64,000 nucleotides of DNA from a virus (taxonomy: Duplodnaviria; Caudoviricetes), in the IMG/VR virus record IMGVR_UViG_3300036798_000249, positions 3,165 through 67,164 of that record. The stretch is one strand, 5' to 3'. The position numbers were made by a program, and so were the translations under genes. The notes below the pieces were generated by a model. That model made no database searches and was not told the DNA's origin. It saw only the letters and a list, made by a program, of their open reading frames with translations. Below are positions 34,438 through 43,046 of this stretch, one piece after another (within the stretch, counting starts at the first letter, position 1; each line of letters opens with the position of its first letter).

Positions 34438-34941
34438 ATGCCGACGAAGACCTATCGCGGCTGGCGCATGGCGGACGGCGCGCACGTCAAGATCATCCTC
34501 GCCGACGGCGAGCTGCGCCCGTTACCGCTGCGGCTCGATCTGTTCAATCATTCGCCGACCGGGTTCGAATGGGGTTATGCCGGCTCGGGCCCGGCGCAGC
34601 TCGCGCTCGCGCTCCTGGCCGACGCGACGCGACGCGATGCGACCGCGCGAGCGCTGCATCAGAATTTCAAATTCAAGGTGATCACGCCGCTGCCGCGCGA
34701 CCCGCCATGGGAAATGACCGATGATGATGTCATCCGCCACGCTGCCGCGATCTCCGAATTGCCGTTGATGCGGATGCCCGACGGCTCGATCAGCCGCTGC
34801 TGCCTGGATTGCACCGGGTATCTGCTCGACATGGCCATGGTCGTGCGCGACGGGCTCGGCGTCTACGACACGGCGCCCGGCGTCACGCTCGAAGACACCC
34901 GCGAGGCGGTCAAGGGCCGGCATCATGGAGATCGCCAGTGA
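34438..34941 (+). CDS. DUF6166-like protein
   Basis: NHSPTGFEWGYAGSGPAQLALALL. Confidence 0.7.
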   Translation: MPTKTYRGWRMADGAHVKIILADGELRPLPLRLDLFNHSPTGFEWGYAGSGPAQLALALLADATRRDATARALHQNFKFKVITPLPRDPPWEMTDDDVIRHAAAISELPLMRMPDGSISRCCLDCTGYLLDMAMVVRDGLGVYDTAPGVTLEDTREAVKGRHHGDRQ

Positions 34942-35192
34942 AGAAACGAGCGCGGGCGAAGAAAAGCAAACGCAAATTTGTTCGTTGGATAGATCGTGTC
35001 ACGATCTCGTCGAGCCCCTTGGGTCAATTCCCAGAGATTGCGATGCAGGCAGCATCGACTGATCCTGGACGGCTCCTTGCCGTCAATCTCACAGAGCGAT
35101 TGCGGACGTTCTATCGGGCGCTCGCTGAAATCGAGTCGAAGCGTTTGGGGCGCACCGTCACGATACAGGAAATACTCGGAGAGTCGAAATGA
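34938..35192 (+). CDS. Hypothetical basic protein
   Basis: GTGA overlap; GGAG RBS. Confidence 0.5.
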   Translation: MKKRARAKKSKRKFVRWIDRVTISSSPLGQFPEIAMQAASTDPGRLLAVNLTERLRTFYRALAEIESKRLGRTVTIQEILGESK

Positions 35193-35737
35193 TGGCAAAC
35201 AAAAAGCGTCGGGCCGGTGGAAAATGGATGCCGCTTGATGAAGCTGTCCGTCACATCATGACATCGAAAAAATGCACACACGATGAAGCGATGAACATCC
35301 TGGCGATTTCCGTGCAGAGCAACAAGGTTAAGGCGCGCAAGGTGCCGATCTCGCCACCGGATCATCTCACGTTATCGGGCTCGGAAGCCGCCGAGATGTT
35401 CGCGCGCAAAAGCGAATCCGCCTACATGACGCTCGGCTATTTCATCAACATCTTCGGCTTTTCGCTCGAGGATATTCAGGGTGAGCTTGCTGCTGGGAGA
35501 TTGATCGCGAGCGCCAGCGCCGCCACAAGATTCCAGTCGCTGATCGGCGAGAAGGTACCTGCGAATGCCTTTGAGATAACGATGAAGGACTTGCGTGAGT
35601 GGATGACCCACCCAGAGACACCGCCGCATCTGATCGAGCAAATGGTTATGGCGATGCGGCAACCAAACTTCGGTGATCGCAGCGCATTCAAGCCGCTCGT
35701 CATCGAACAGCATACGCGCAAAGACAAGCTATCATGA
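35189..35737 (+). CDS. Hypothetical protein (182 aa)
   Basis: ATGA overlaps on both sides. Confidence 0.6.
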   Translation: MMANKKRRAGGKWMPLDEAVRHIMTSKKCTHDEAMNILAISVQSNKVKARKVPISPPDHLTLSGSEAAEMFARKSESAYMTLGYFINIFGFSLEDIQGELAAGRLIASASAATRFQSLIGEKVPANAFEITMKDLREWMTHPETPPHLIEQMVMAMRQPNFGDRSAFKPLVIEQHTRKDKLS

Positions 35738-36141
35738 AAGCGATCCTCATCGATCCATTCAAGCAAGAGGTCACCGAGATCGAGATCGCCGCGACCAACG
35801 ATCGCGCGCTCGGCGTCGAGATGCACCGGCTGATCGGCGCCGACACTCTCGATCACCAAAGAATCAGCGACTTGCGTGATACGATCTGGCTCGATGACAG
35901 CGGCCTGCAGCGAGGGGAGCCCGTCTACGCCTTCACGCTTCCCATCCAGCGCGACCCCTACGCCGGCACGGCGATCGTCATCGGCGCCGACGAAATCGGG
36001 CGCACTCGCGCGCCACAGATGCCGATCGAGGCGCTGCGCGACACCATCGAATGGCTCGGGAAAATCGTTCCCGAAGTGATCTGGGTGGAAACGGAGCGCG
36101 GCAATCGCGCCATCGTCACCTACCGGAGGGCGAAACTATGA
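35734..36141 (+). CDS. DUF3846-like protein (second copy)
   Basis: MKAILIDP...IWLDDSGL...PYAGTAIVIG.D. Confidence 0.6.
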   Translation: MKAILIDPFKQEVTEIEIAATNDRALGVEMHRLIGADTLDHQRISDLRDTIWLDDSGLQRGEPVYAFTLPIQRDPYAGTAIVIGADEIGRTRAPQMPIEALRDTIEWLGKIVPEVIWVETERGNRAIVTYRRAKL

Positions 36142-36485
36142 GCCTATTCGACGACGAGCCCAGCGAACCCGACGACGTCGACATGCCGAAGCTCGGACCC
36201 TGCTGCATGTGCGAGTCGATCTGGGGCGCGTGGAACATCCTCATGCTGCCGCTGCGTGGCATCGTCAAAGGGCACGGCTGGGGCTGCTTCGTATGCGATC
36301 TGCCCTGCGATGGCGCCATCGCCGTGCTCTGCGATGACTGTCTCGCGATCTATCAAGTCCACGAGAGCGCGCTGCGCTTCGTTTGTCGAGGCTACTCGGC
36401 GAGCGACGGGCGCGTGCCGATCGCCGAGCTTCCGCAGGAACCTTTCGATCATGACAACAGCAAGCACAGGGAGGACGACCGATGA
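36138..36485 (+). CDS. Cys-rich hypothetical protein
   Basis: CCMC, CFVC, CDDC. Confidence 0.6.
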   Translation: MSLFDDEPSEPDDVDMPKLGPCCMCESIWGAWNILMLPLRGIVKGHGWGCFVCDLPCDGAIAVLCDDCLAIYQVHESALRFVCRGYSASDGRVPIAELPQEPFDHDNSKHREDDR

Positions 36486-36985
36486 TGTTGACTGACCTGA
36501 AGACAGCGGCCGAAGTCCGCGAGCACGCCCGCAAGGTCCAGCGCCGGATCAACGAACGCCGCGCGAGCTGGACGCCCGAGCCGCTGCCGTTGCCGCCGGA
36601 TCATGACAAGGTGCCGCCGCCACCGCCGCCGTCCGACGCCGAGCCTGTCATAGTCGCCGGCTATCCGATCCGGACCGTGTTCGCCATTGCGGGCGATCAT
36701 TTCGGATTCAGCCTGGCCGACGTGATCGGCGGGTCGCGAATTTCGCCGCTCGTTCTGCCGAGGCAAATAGGTTGTTTCGTCGCGTGGCGTCTTGGCTTCT
36801 CGTTTCTGCGGATCGGCCGCGCGATCTTGCGCGATCATTCGACCGCGGGGCACAGCTGCAAGACTATCGAGCAGCGCATTCGCGATGACGTCGAGATCGC
36901 GAAGGCGGTCGAGGCGATCGGCCGGAAATCAGCCGCGGTCTTTCAGGTCGAGTGGCGCTCGATCCTACCGGAGATTGGCCGATGA
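36482..36985 (+). CDS. Protein with DnaA C-terminal-like HTH domain
   Basis: SR....VLPRQIG.FVAWRLGFSF.RIGR...RDHSTA.H. Confidence 0.8.
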   Translation: MMLTDLKTAAEVREHARKVQRRINERRASWTPEPLPLPPDHDKVPPPPPPSDAEPVIVAGYPIRTVFAIAGDHFGFSLADVIGGSRISPLVLPRQIGCFVAWRLGFSFLRIGRAILRDHSTAGHSCKTIEQRIRDDVEIAKAVEAIGRKSAAVFQVEWRSILPEIGR

Positions 36986-37245
36986 CGAAGTCGCAGGTAA
37001 CCGCGACCGGGGCGATCGTCAATCGCATCCGCCCGATTTTAACCGGCAACAAGCCGGAGGTCATCGGCGCTGCGCTCGCCGATGTGGTTGCCACCTGGCT
37101 CGCCGGTCATTTCGACGACCGAGGGCCCAAGGAAACCGACGAGCTGCGCGAGGCGATGATCACTCAATGGCTCGCGACCATGCGCGCCCTGATCAAGCCG
37201 AATGAGCAGATGATGCTCGAAAGGCTGCGACGCGGGAGCAATTGA
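36982..37245 (+). CDS. Hypothetical protein
   Basis: ATGA overlap, GGAG RBS. Confidence 0.55.
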   Translation: MTKSQVTATGAIVNRIRPILTGNKPEVIGAALADVVATWLAGHFDDRGPKETDELREAMITQWLATMRALIKPNEQMMLERLRRGSN

Positions 37246-37257
37246 GAAATCCGCCTA

Positions 37258-37575
37258 ATGAGTAACAATGCTCGCAATATGACGACAGAGGCTATCTATC
37301 GGTACCTGCGGCTAGAGGTAAGATTCGACACGCGTCGCACGGATCGAATTCTGGAGCCTTGGTATCAGGCGGCGCTTTTTCTTGTTGCCAAGATCAAGAG
37401 TGCTGGTTGGAAATGGCGAGATAATTTTCTGCGTGAATACGTTGCCTGCGCACTTGGAGAGGGTTTCACCAACACGATCTCGCCATACGTCACCGAGCTG
37501 ATGTTCCGGCAACATCCCGAGCTGCGAAAATACGCAGAGAATCCGCACGGGGACGGGGATTTGTTTGAGAAATAG
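37258..37575 (+). CDS. Hypothetical protein (105 aa)
   Basis: ORF in a visibly AT-richer patch. Confidence 0.5.
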   Translation: MSNNARNMTTEAIYRYLRLEVRFDTRRTDRILEPWYQAALFLVAKIKSAGWKWRDNFLREYVACALGEGFTNTISPYVTELMFRQHPELRKYAENPHGDGDLFEK

Positions 37576-37705
37576 GAGGGCTGTCAGTGACCTTCGCAGC
37601 TGGCATTTTCATCGGATTCGTCATCGGTGCTTGCTTCGGCGCCGTCATGATGGCCGTCGTGCGGGCGGGGGCTGAAGAACCGAGCGTTAAGAGGAGGAGG
37701 CCACA

Positions 37706-38146
37706 TTGAAACCGCCGGCGAAGACACCCAGCCAATTGCCCTTGATCGAATATCTGAAGACAGCACCAGGCAACCGAGATGTGGTGATCGCATTTTTCAA
37801 CCGCTTCCTGCCTGAAGACGCAAGCCAAGAGCTGATCGATGCCATCGATCTCGTAGCTGGATTCGGCGACCCATGGAGCGATGTGCCGCGGCGATCGGCG
37901 CATCATCATTCACGTCGACAAGAGGAGGCCGCGTTGAAACCGAGACCGCAGACGCACACCGATCGCCTTTGGCACGAATTGAGCCGCATCAGCGCGGCGG
38001 CGACGATCGCGAAAGCGTTCATCCAAGCATTGCCCGACGGCGACACGAAAATCAGATTGACCGCACTGAACGACGAGATCATTTCGGCCGAGCACGGCGC
38101 GATGCAATGCGCGACCGACATCAAGGCGGCGGCGGTCTCGATTTGA
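37706..38146 (+). CDS. Hypothetical protein (may be two genes)
   Basis: GGAGG upstream; second GAGGAGG before KPRPQT. Confidence 0.45.
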   Translation: MKPPAKTPSQLPLIEYLKTAPGNRDVVIAFFNRFLPEDASQELIDAIDLVAGFGDPWSDVPRRSAHHHSRRQEEAALKPRPQTHTDRLWHELSRISAAATIAKAFIQALPDGDTKIRLTALNDEIISAEHGAMQCATDIKAAAVSI

Positions 38147-38380
38147 ATGAACCGCTATCATCTCAAACCAGAAGATTGCCGACGCCCGCGCAACGCCGCC
38201 GCTTACGCGCTCGGTCGGCAGGAGCGCGGCGGCTTTCGGGTGCGCCGCGTGGTGTGGGGCCGGCTGATGGCGAGAGCCGAGCGGCGCGACGGCGAGGAGA
38301 TCAGGCGCGCGTTCATCCTGGTCGAGAGACCGCGACGAAATGCGCGACCGACATCAAAGCGGCGGCAACATCGATCTGAA
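38106..38380 (+). repeat. 42-bp direct repeat (36/42 identical)
   Basis: 38106-38147 and 38339-38380, both encoding CATDIKAAA(V/T)SI-stop. Confidence 0.75.
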
Positions 38381-38399
38381 GGTACGGGAAGGAAAAGCC

Positions 38400-38648
38400 A
38401 TGCCGTGGGACGTGCTCGATACTCTGCAAAAATTGCCGCCGATGTGCGCCGCGCGCCATCCCAGCGACAACAGCGTGATCCTAATCAAGCGCGGCGTCAT
38501 GGGTTATTGGAAGGCGCCTGCCGGCATCGACCCAGACCTTTACAACGAGCGACGTGGGATCACAGCAGCACAAGTCGAGGCTATGCAGATCGGCTCCATG
38601 TTTGGATGGGACGTGCCGGGCGTAGAAATCGCCTTGCTCCAGACTTGA
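38400..38648 (+). CDS. Hypothetical phage protein
   Basis: ILIKRG..GY...N.RRGITAAQVEAMQIGSMFGWDVP. Confidence 0.65.
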   Translation: MPWDVLDTLQKLPPMCAARHPSDNSVILIKRGVMGYWKAPAGIDPDLYNERRGITAAQVEAMQIGSMFGWDVPGVEIALLQT

Positions 38649-38674
38649 CCGTACCGGACAGAATGTCCTATCCT
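38645..38674 (+). promoter_or_regulatory. Sigma70-like promoter with operator variant (site 3)
   Basis: TTGACC-N18-TATCCT; GGACAGAATGTCCTAT. Confidence 0.6.
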
Positions 38675-38722
38675 GGGCTCGGGCCCGCGAATTCCTCGCC
38701 GCCCGAACAGGGATTGGGAACG

Positions 38723-38959
38723 ATGATCAAGATGATCCTGATGACAACCTCGCTGACACTGCAGCCGGTGCAATTCACAAACGACTTCCAACAGCGGCAA
38801 CTCCAGCAGCAGCAGCTTCGGTTGCAGCAGCAACAGGTTGAAGAAATGCGGGAACTTCGGGAGCAACAGCAGCAGCAATTTCTGCAGCAGCAGAGTATCG
38901 AGCAGCAGCGGCGGTTCAACGAAATGATGCAGCAAACCGGCAGAAGCTTGGGCCGTTAG
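38723..38959 (+). CDS. Gln-rich small protein (78 aa)
   Basis: MIKMILMTTSLTLQP then poly-Q coiled coil. Confidence 0.6.
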   Translation: MIKMILMTTSLTLQPVQFTNDFQQRQLQQQQLRLQQQQVEEMRELREQQQQQFLQQQSIEQQRRFNEMMQQTGRSLGR

Positions 38960-38964
38960 CGCGC

Positions 38965-38987
38965 TTGTAATAGGACATTATGTCTTG
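38965..38987 (+). promoter_or_regulatory. Operator variant abutting the HTH-3 start (site 4)
   Basis: TTGTAA-TAGGACATTATGTCTTG; no good -10 element. Confidence 0.55.
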
Positions 38988-38988
38988 C

Positions 38989-39204
38989 ATGACGGGCCGC
39001 GAATTCGAAAAGCTGCGGGAGTCGCTTGGCGTCACGCAAGCGGCTCTCGCCGACCTCCTCGACGTCGAGGCCCGGACGGTCCGTCGCTGGGCTTCCGGCG
39101 CATCAGATGTCCCGCTCGCCGTTGCATTGCTCATGACCTTTTGGGGGAAAAACGGCATACCCGGCGTCCCGAAGCCGCGCGCCGGGAAACGGAAGCCGCG
39201 TTAG
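38989..39204 (+). CDS. Small XRE-like HTH protein (HTH-3)
   Basis: LRESLGVTQAALADLLDVEARTVRRWASGASDVP. Confidence 0.85.
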   Translation: MTGREFEKLRESLGVTQAALADLLDVEARTVRRWASGASDVPLAVALLMTFWGKNGIPGVPKPRAGKRKPR

Positions 39205-39210
39205 GGTCAT

Positions 39211-39378
39211 CTATCCTATGTCCTCGATCAGCTGCTCGGCTTCTTTGCGGGTGAGAACGATATGGCCAAGCGGCTTTCCGCTCTGCGGCAGCCGGTAGGC
39301 GAGATCGGCGCGAATTCGGGCGAGCACGACGCTGCCGTCGATTCGATCGAGCCGCGCCTGCAGTTCAGCCTTGGTCAT
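39211..39378 (-). CDS. Hypothetical protein (55 aa, not in ORF track)
   Basis: MTKAELQARLDRIDGSVVLARIRADL...; ATGA overlap. Confidence 0.5.
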   Translation of the reverse strand: MTKAELQARLDRIDGSVVLARIRADLAYRLPQSGKPLGHIVLTRKEAEQLIEDIG

Positions 39379-39770
39379 TTGCGGGGCCCGGTCGCGCGAC
39401 CGACGACGCGTCCGCGCTCATCGTAGAACGTGGTCGTGCCGCCGATCGTGGTGGACATGCCGGTGGTGCGCCCGCGCGCATCGCGAAAGCGGGTACTGCC
39501 AGCGCTGTCGGTCGTGGCGGTGCCGATGGTGCGCCCGTCCGGCCCAAAGAAGCGCGTCTGTTCATCAGCCATCGCAGCGCCGGCCGCGAACACGGCGATC
39601 ACGACTGAGACGCTCCGCAGCAACTCGGCGAGCCTGCGTTTGGCGCGGTCGAGTTGATCGCTGGTGACGCCGAGCAAGTTGCGCTTCGGATCATCCTGTT
39701 GCGCTGCAAGCCGCGCCACGTCGGCCACCGCGTCGGCCGCCGCATCGTAAAGATCAGGCTTTGGGTTCAT
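39375..39770 (-). CDS. Protein with hydrophobic segment and beta-hairpin repeats
   Basis: Three T(R/T)F(F/R/Y)-(G/D)xxGRxxG-like units. Confidence 0.6.
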   Translation of the reverse strand: MNPKPDLYDAAADAVADVARLAAQQDDPKRNLLGVTSDQLDRAKRRLAELLRSVSVVIAVFAAGAAMADEQTRFFGPDGRTIGTATTDSAGSTRFRDARGRTTGMSTTIGGTTTFYDERGRVVGRATGPRK

Positions 39771-40561
39771 CGGAATCGCTCCATCTTAGCTTGGCGCTTG
39801 GCGTCGGGCTGCCATTCGAACAATGACCGGAATTCGGTCTTGATGGTATCAAGAGTATGTTCCGCATTGAGCGAGAGCCGCGCCTTGCGCGCTCGCAACA
39901 AACGCAGGACTTCGTTATTGCAGTAGCGGTGACTTTCCGACGCATCCAATCGTTTGCCAGCGGCGCGACGCTGGCTTTCTTTGAAAGGGTCGCGCCGCCG
40001 CGGCCAAGTCTGGACTACGAGATCGATGTCGCCAAGATCGTTGCTGTCGGTCAGATACGATCCAAACACGGTGATCTTGCGCACGTAAAACACCAGTTCA
40101 TCGCGCGCGTTGATCTCATTGGCGCGTGCAATAAGGTCGGCAATCTCTTGGTCGGCCTTTGCGCGGTCGAAGCGTTTTACGAGATTCGCAGCCGCAAGCT
40201 GTCGGCCCTTCCGACTGAGTTCGAATTCGCGCGTATCCCATTTGTACTCTGGTTTATGCGGTTCAAGATAGCCGTTGGCGATCAGCGCCGCGAGCACGCG
40301 TTCGACTTCGGTGGCTTTGATCGGCTTGAACTTGAAGCCCCAGATTTTGCACATTTGCTTGTAGCCATAGTCATTGTCTCGAACCACTTTCGGGATGCTC
40401 GGGTCGGCCTTGCAGGCGGCATCAACCGTGCTGCGCCAATGTCTCTCGTTGAGGAAATCGAGCACCGTCTTCGCATCGATGCGGTATGAGGCGAAGTGGC
40501 GCATCAGGTCGCGCGCAGTCTTGACCGGCAGCCCTGCGATATCTTTTGCGTCGAGTCTCAT
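39767..40561 (-). CDS. Nucleotidyltransferase (Pol-beta/MNT-like) with N-terminal wHTH-like region
   Basis: ITVFGSY...LGDIDLVV; LAALIANGYL...FELSRKG. Confidence 0.8.
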   Translation of the reverse strand: MRLDAKDIAGLPVKTARDLMRHFASYRIDAKTVLDFLNERHWRSTVDAACKADPSIPKVVRDNDYGYKQMCKIWGFKFKPIKATEVERVLAALIANGYLEPHKPEYKWDTREFELSRKGRQLAAANLVKRFDRAKADQEIADLIARANEINARDELVFYVRKITVFGSYLTDSNDLGDIDLVVQTWPRRRDPFKESQRRAAGKRLDASESHRYCNNEVLRLLRARKARLSLNAEHTLDTIKTEFRSLFEWQPDAKRQAKMERFR

Positions 40562-40681
40562 GTTCTTGCGCGCATGGTCAATGAAGAAAGAGCTTGAAAG
40601 CTATTGCCACGACAAACGCGAGTGTGAAGCCGAGCATCCAAGTGTGCAGCCGTTGGGTCGATCGTAAATCGGCCAACGCGC

Positions 40682-40945
40682 TCACCCGAAATACTTGATG
40701 CCGGCGAGCAGCGCGACACCGGCCGCGATGAGTCCGCCGAGGCGGATGGTTAGATCACGCACGGCGAGTTCGATCCTGGCTTCTAGTCCGCTGCGCGCAT
40801 CAGCAAGATCGCGTCGTGTTGCGACGACCTCGCGCAGCGCGTCGTCGATCGCTTCCGCGTGAGCACGGGCTTGTTCCTCAGTGATGCCGCCGCTTTTCAG
40901 CCGGTCGATATAACGCAATTTGTCGAAGAGAATTTGGTCAGACAT
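40682..40945 (-). CDS. DUF1640-like coiled-coil protein with C-terminal TM
   Basis: FDKLRYIDRLKSGGITEEQARAHAEA...LTIRLGGLIAAGVALL. Confidence 0.8.
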   Translation of the reverse strand: MSDQILFDKLRYIDRLKSGGITEEQARAHAEAIDDALREVVATRRDLADARSGLEARIELAVRDLTIRLGGLIAAGVALLAGIKYFG

Positions 40946-40959
40946 GCTTTAGGTTTCTT

Positions 40960-42183
40960 TCAGGCTTGGCGGGGGAACGGGATGACGGTGGCGGGCGCGA
41001 GATCGAGCATTGCGGCACGGACTAGGTCCTCGCTGACGTCGATCATGTACCTACCATAGTGACGCCTGATCTGCGTCACGCTCGTATCGTGCTGTGATGC
41101 GGCGAGGCTCGCCGGCACCCGGTTCAATAGCTGGCGGACGATCGACGAGTGGCGCAACGCGTAGCTCGTGATCGACGGCTCAAGGCCAGCGGCGACGGCG
41201 GCCTCGCGGAAAGGATTCTCAAGAGCTTCGTAGTTCCAAGGCGTTCCGTTCCTCCGCAGCAGCAGCGGCTCGTCATCGGGGCGGCTGCCGGCGGCGTCCT
41301 GCAGCTGCGCGATCAGGCTGGGCGGGATCGGGGTTGGGATGCTCGCAGGCTTGTTCACCGCCGCCTTGCGGCCGCCCTTGCGGGATGGCGGCATCAGCAA
41401 GCGCCCCTTGTCGGCTTGCAGATCGCTGACGCGCAGACGCGCGGCTTGGCTGATGCGCGCGCCCGTCGCCGCCAGCACTTCGACCATCAGACCGAAATGC
41501 GCGTCGATCGCATGGGCCGCCGCGACGATGCCGCGGACGGTGTCGTCGTGCAGCACCAGTCGGCGAGCCGTATCGCCTTCCGTCAGGTTGGCGAGCCCCT
41601 TCTTCCACGCGGAGAGATTGGCGATGCGATCGTCGGCCTCCGCAGCCGCGTTGAGCGCGGCGCGCAAGCCCTTCATGGTGCGGTTCACGCCGCCGGCCTT
41701 GCGCCCCTTGTCGACGAGGACCTTACGAAACGTCGCCAGATCGGCGACGGTCAGGACGGCGACGCACTTGCTCGCGAGCGCGGGTGACAGATGGCAGCGA
41801 ACGCGCTTGGCGTTCGCCGGATCGGCGCCCGAGGCCTCGAGACCATGCTGATAGGCGGTCAAGGCCTGATCGACCGTGACGGGCGCGCCCGCGCCTGCGG
41901 CGGTCTGCCCGCGAGCGATCAGCTTGGCGCGATCCTGCGCCTGGTAGAAGGTCAGGATGGTTTGCCCGTCGGCCTGGTCGTGGTCGTCGGCCTGGGCGAA
42001 TTTTCTGATCCATTCCTTGCCGTGGCCGTCGGTGGCCTCGACCGACCATGTGCCGGCGGTCTCGTTGCGCCGATAACCGAGCTTGATCGCGCGGTCGATG
42101 CGCTGCCAATAAGGCTTCTTGCGCAGCGGCAGCCGGAGACGGGCGGTGGCGGATTCGAGCTTCGTTGATCTGATCCTTGGCAT
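40960..42183 (-). CDS. int: Tyrosine recombinase (integrase)
   Basis: N-terminal arm-binding LGYRR..GTW; TGARISQ, YALRHS, HDTS..IRRHYG. Confidence 0.92.
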   Translation of the reverse strand: MPRIRSTKLESATARLRLPLRKKPYWQRIDRAIKLGYRRNETAGTWSVEATDGHGKEWIRKFAQADDHDQADGQTILTFYQAQDRAKLIARGQTAAGAGAPVTVDQALTAYQHGLEASGADPANAKRVRCHLSPALASKCVAVLTVADLATFRKVLVDKGRKAGGVNRTMKGLRAALNAAAEADDRIANLSAWKKGLANLTEGDTARRLVLHDDTVRGIVAAAHAIDAHFGLMVEVLAATGARISQAARLRVSDLQADKGRLLMPPSRKGGRKAAVNKPASIPTPIPPSLIAQLQDAAGSRPDDEPLLLRRNGTPWNYEALENPFREAAVAAGLEPSITSYALRHSSIVRQLLNRVPASLAASQHDTSVTQIRRHYGRYMIDVSEDLVRAAMLDLAPATVIPFPRQA

Positions 42184-42597
42184 TCGAGTGTCCCTTGTTG
42201 TGTCCGTATGGACGGTTAGAAAGTCGGTAGACAGCCAGTTACAGTATGGACAGAGATATCGGGCATTTCTCGCGCAAATTCAATACCATGAACCTGTTAA
42301 AAGTGCTATCCATTCTCACCATTCGGAGCCATGTGTCTACGCAAAATTGCCCCGATAGGGCGTCGGTCCCACCACGGGACAAAAGTCAAGCCTTTGAAAT
42401 GTGGGGTGTTTTCAGCCACGGCTCGGGCCGGTGTCGCGTTGGTGTCCCCAAAACCCTGCAATGAAGGGACATCCGCAAATCGGACGGGCTTACCAGCGAC
42501 GGGGAAGTACCGCTATGGACACATTTAGCAGATGACAAGAGCGCGGGGCGTTGCATAAAGTCGAGCGCATGGAGGCGGGCCACCAGAAAGGCCTCCC
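42184..42597. other. Candidate intact attP region
   Basis: Non-coding gap between divergent int and xis-like genes with many TGTCC/GGACA-type motifs. Confidence 0.5.
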
Positions 42598-42822
42598 ATG
42601 TCTTCGCGCCCTCGCGGACGCCCCCGGACCAAGGCTCCCGGGGACTGCCTTACCATCGTCGAGTTCTGCCAACGCAACCGTATCTCGCGCCAGTTCTATT
42701 ACAAGCTGCGACGCCGAGGTGAGGGCCCGAGCGAAATCCGGCTGGGCAACAAGGTACTGATCGCCAAAGAGGCGGCCGAAAATTGGCGCCGCGACATGAT
42801 GCAACCGGAGACCAAGGCATGA
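42598..42822 (+). CDS. AlpA/excisionase-like DNA-binding protein
   Basis: LTIVEFCQRNRISRQFYYKL...GEGP. Confidence 0.8.
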   Translation: MSSRPRGRPRTKAPGDCLTIVEFCQRNRISRQFYYKLRRRGEGPSEIRLGNKVLIAKEAAENWRRDMMQPETKA

Positions 42823-43046
42823 GCGCCGGCCGGCTCGTGCTGCTCAAGGAAGGGGAATGCCTCAACGCGTATTTCACGCCGGGCACGACGATGGCCGATG
42901 CCCTTTTCCTCGGCGCGATCCGACTGTCGATCATCACCAACCACCCGCGATTGCGGACTGTCTTCATGACCATGATGCGCCAGGGCGTTGCCGACATGAA
43001 GCGCCCGACGCAGTTTGATGACGACGAGGGGGACCATGACGAGTGA
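42819..43046 (+). CDS. Hypothetical protein
   Basis: ATGA overlap; GRL...EG..LNAYF. Confidence 0.55.
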   Translation: MSAGRLVLLKEGECLNAYFTPGTTMADALFLGAIRLSIITNHPRLRTVFMTMMRQGVADMKRPTQFDDDEGDHDE

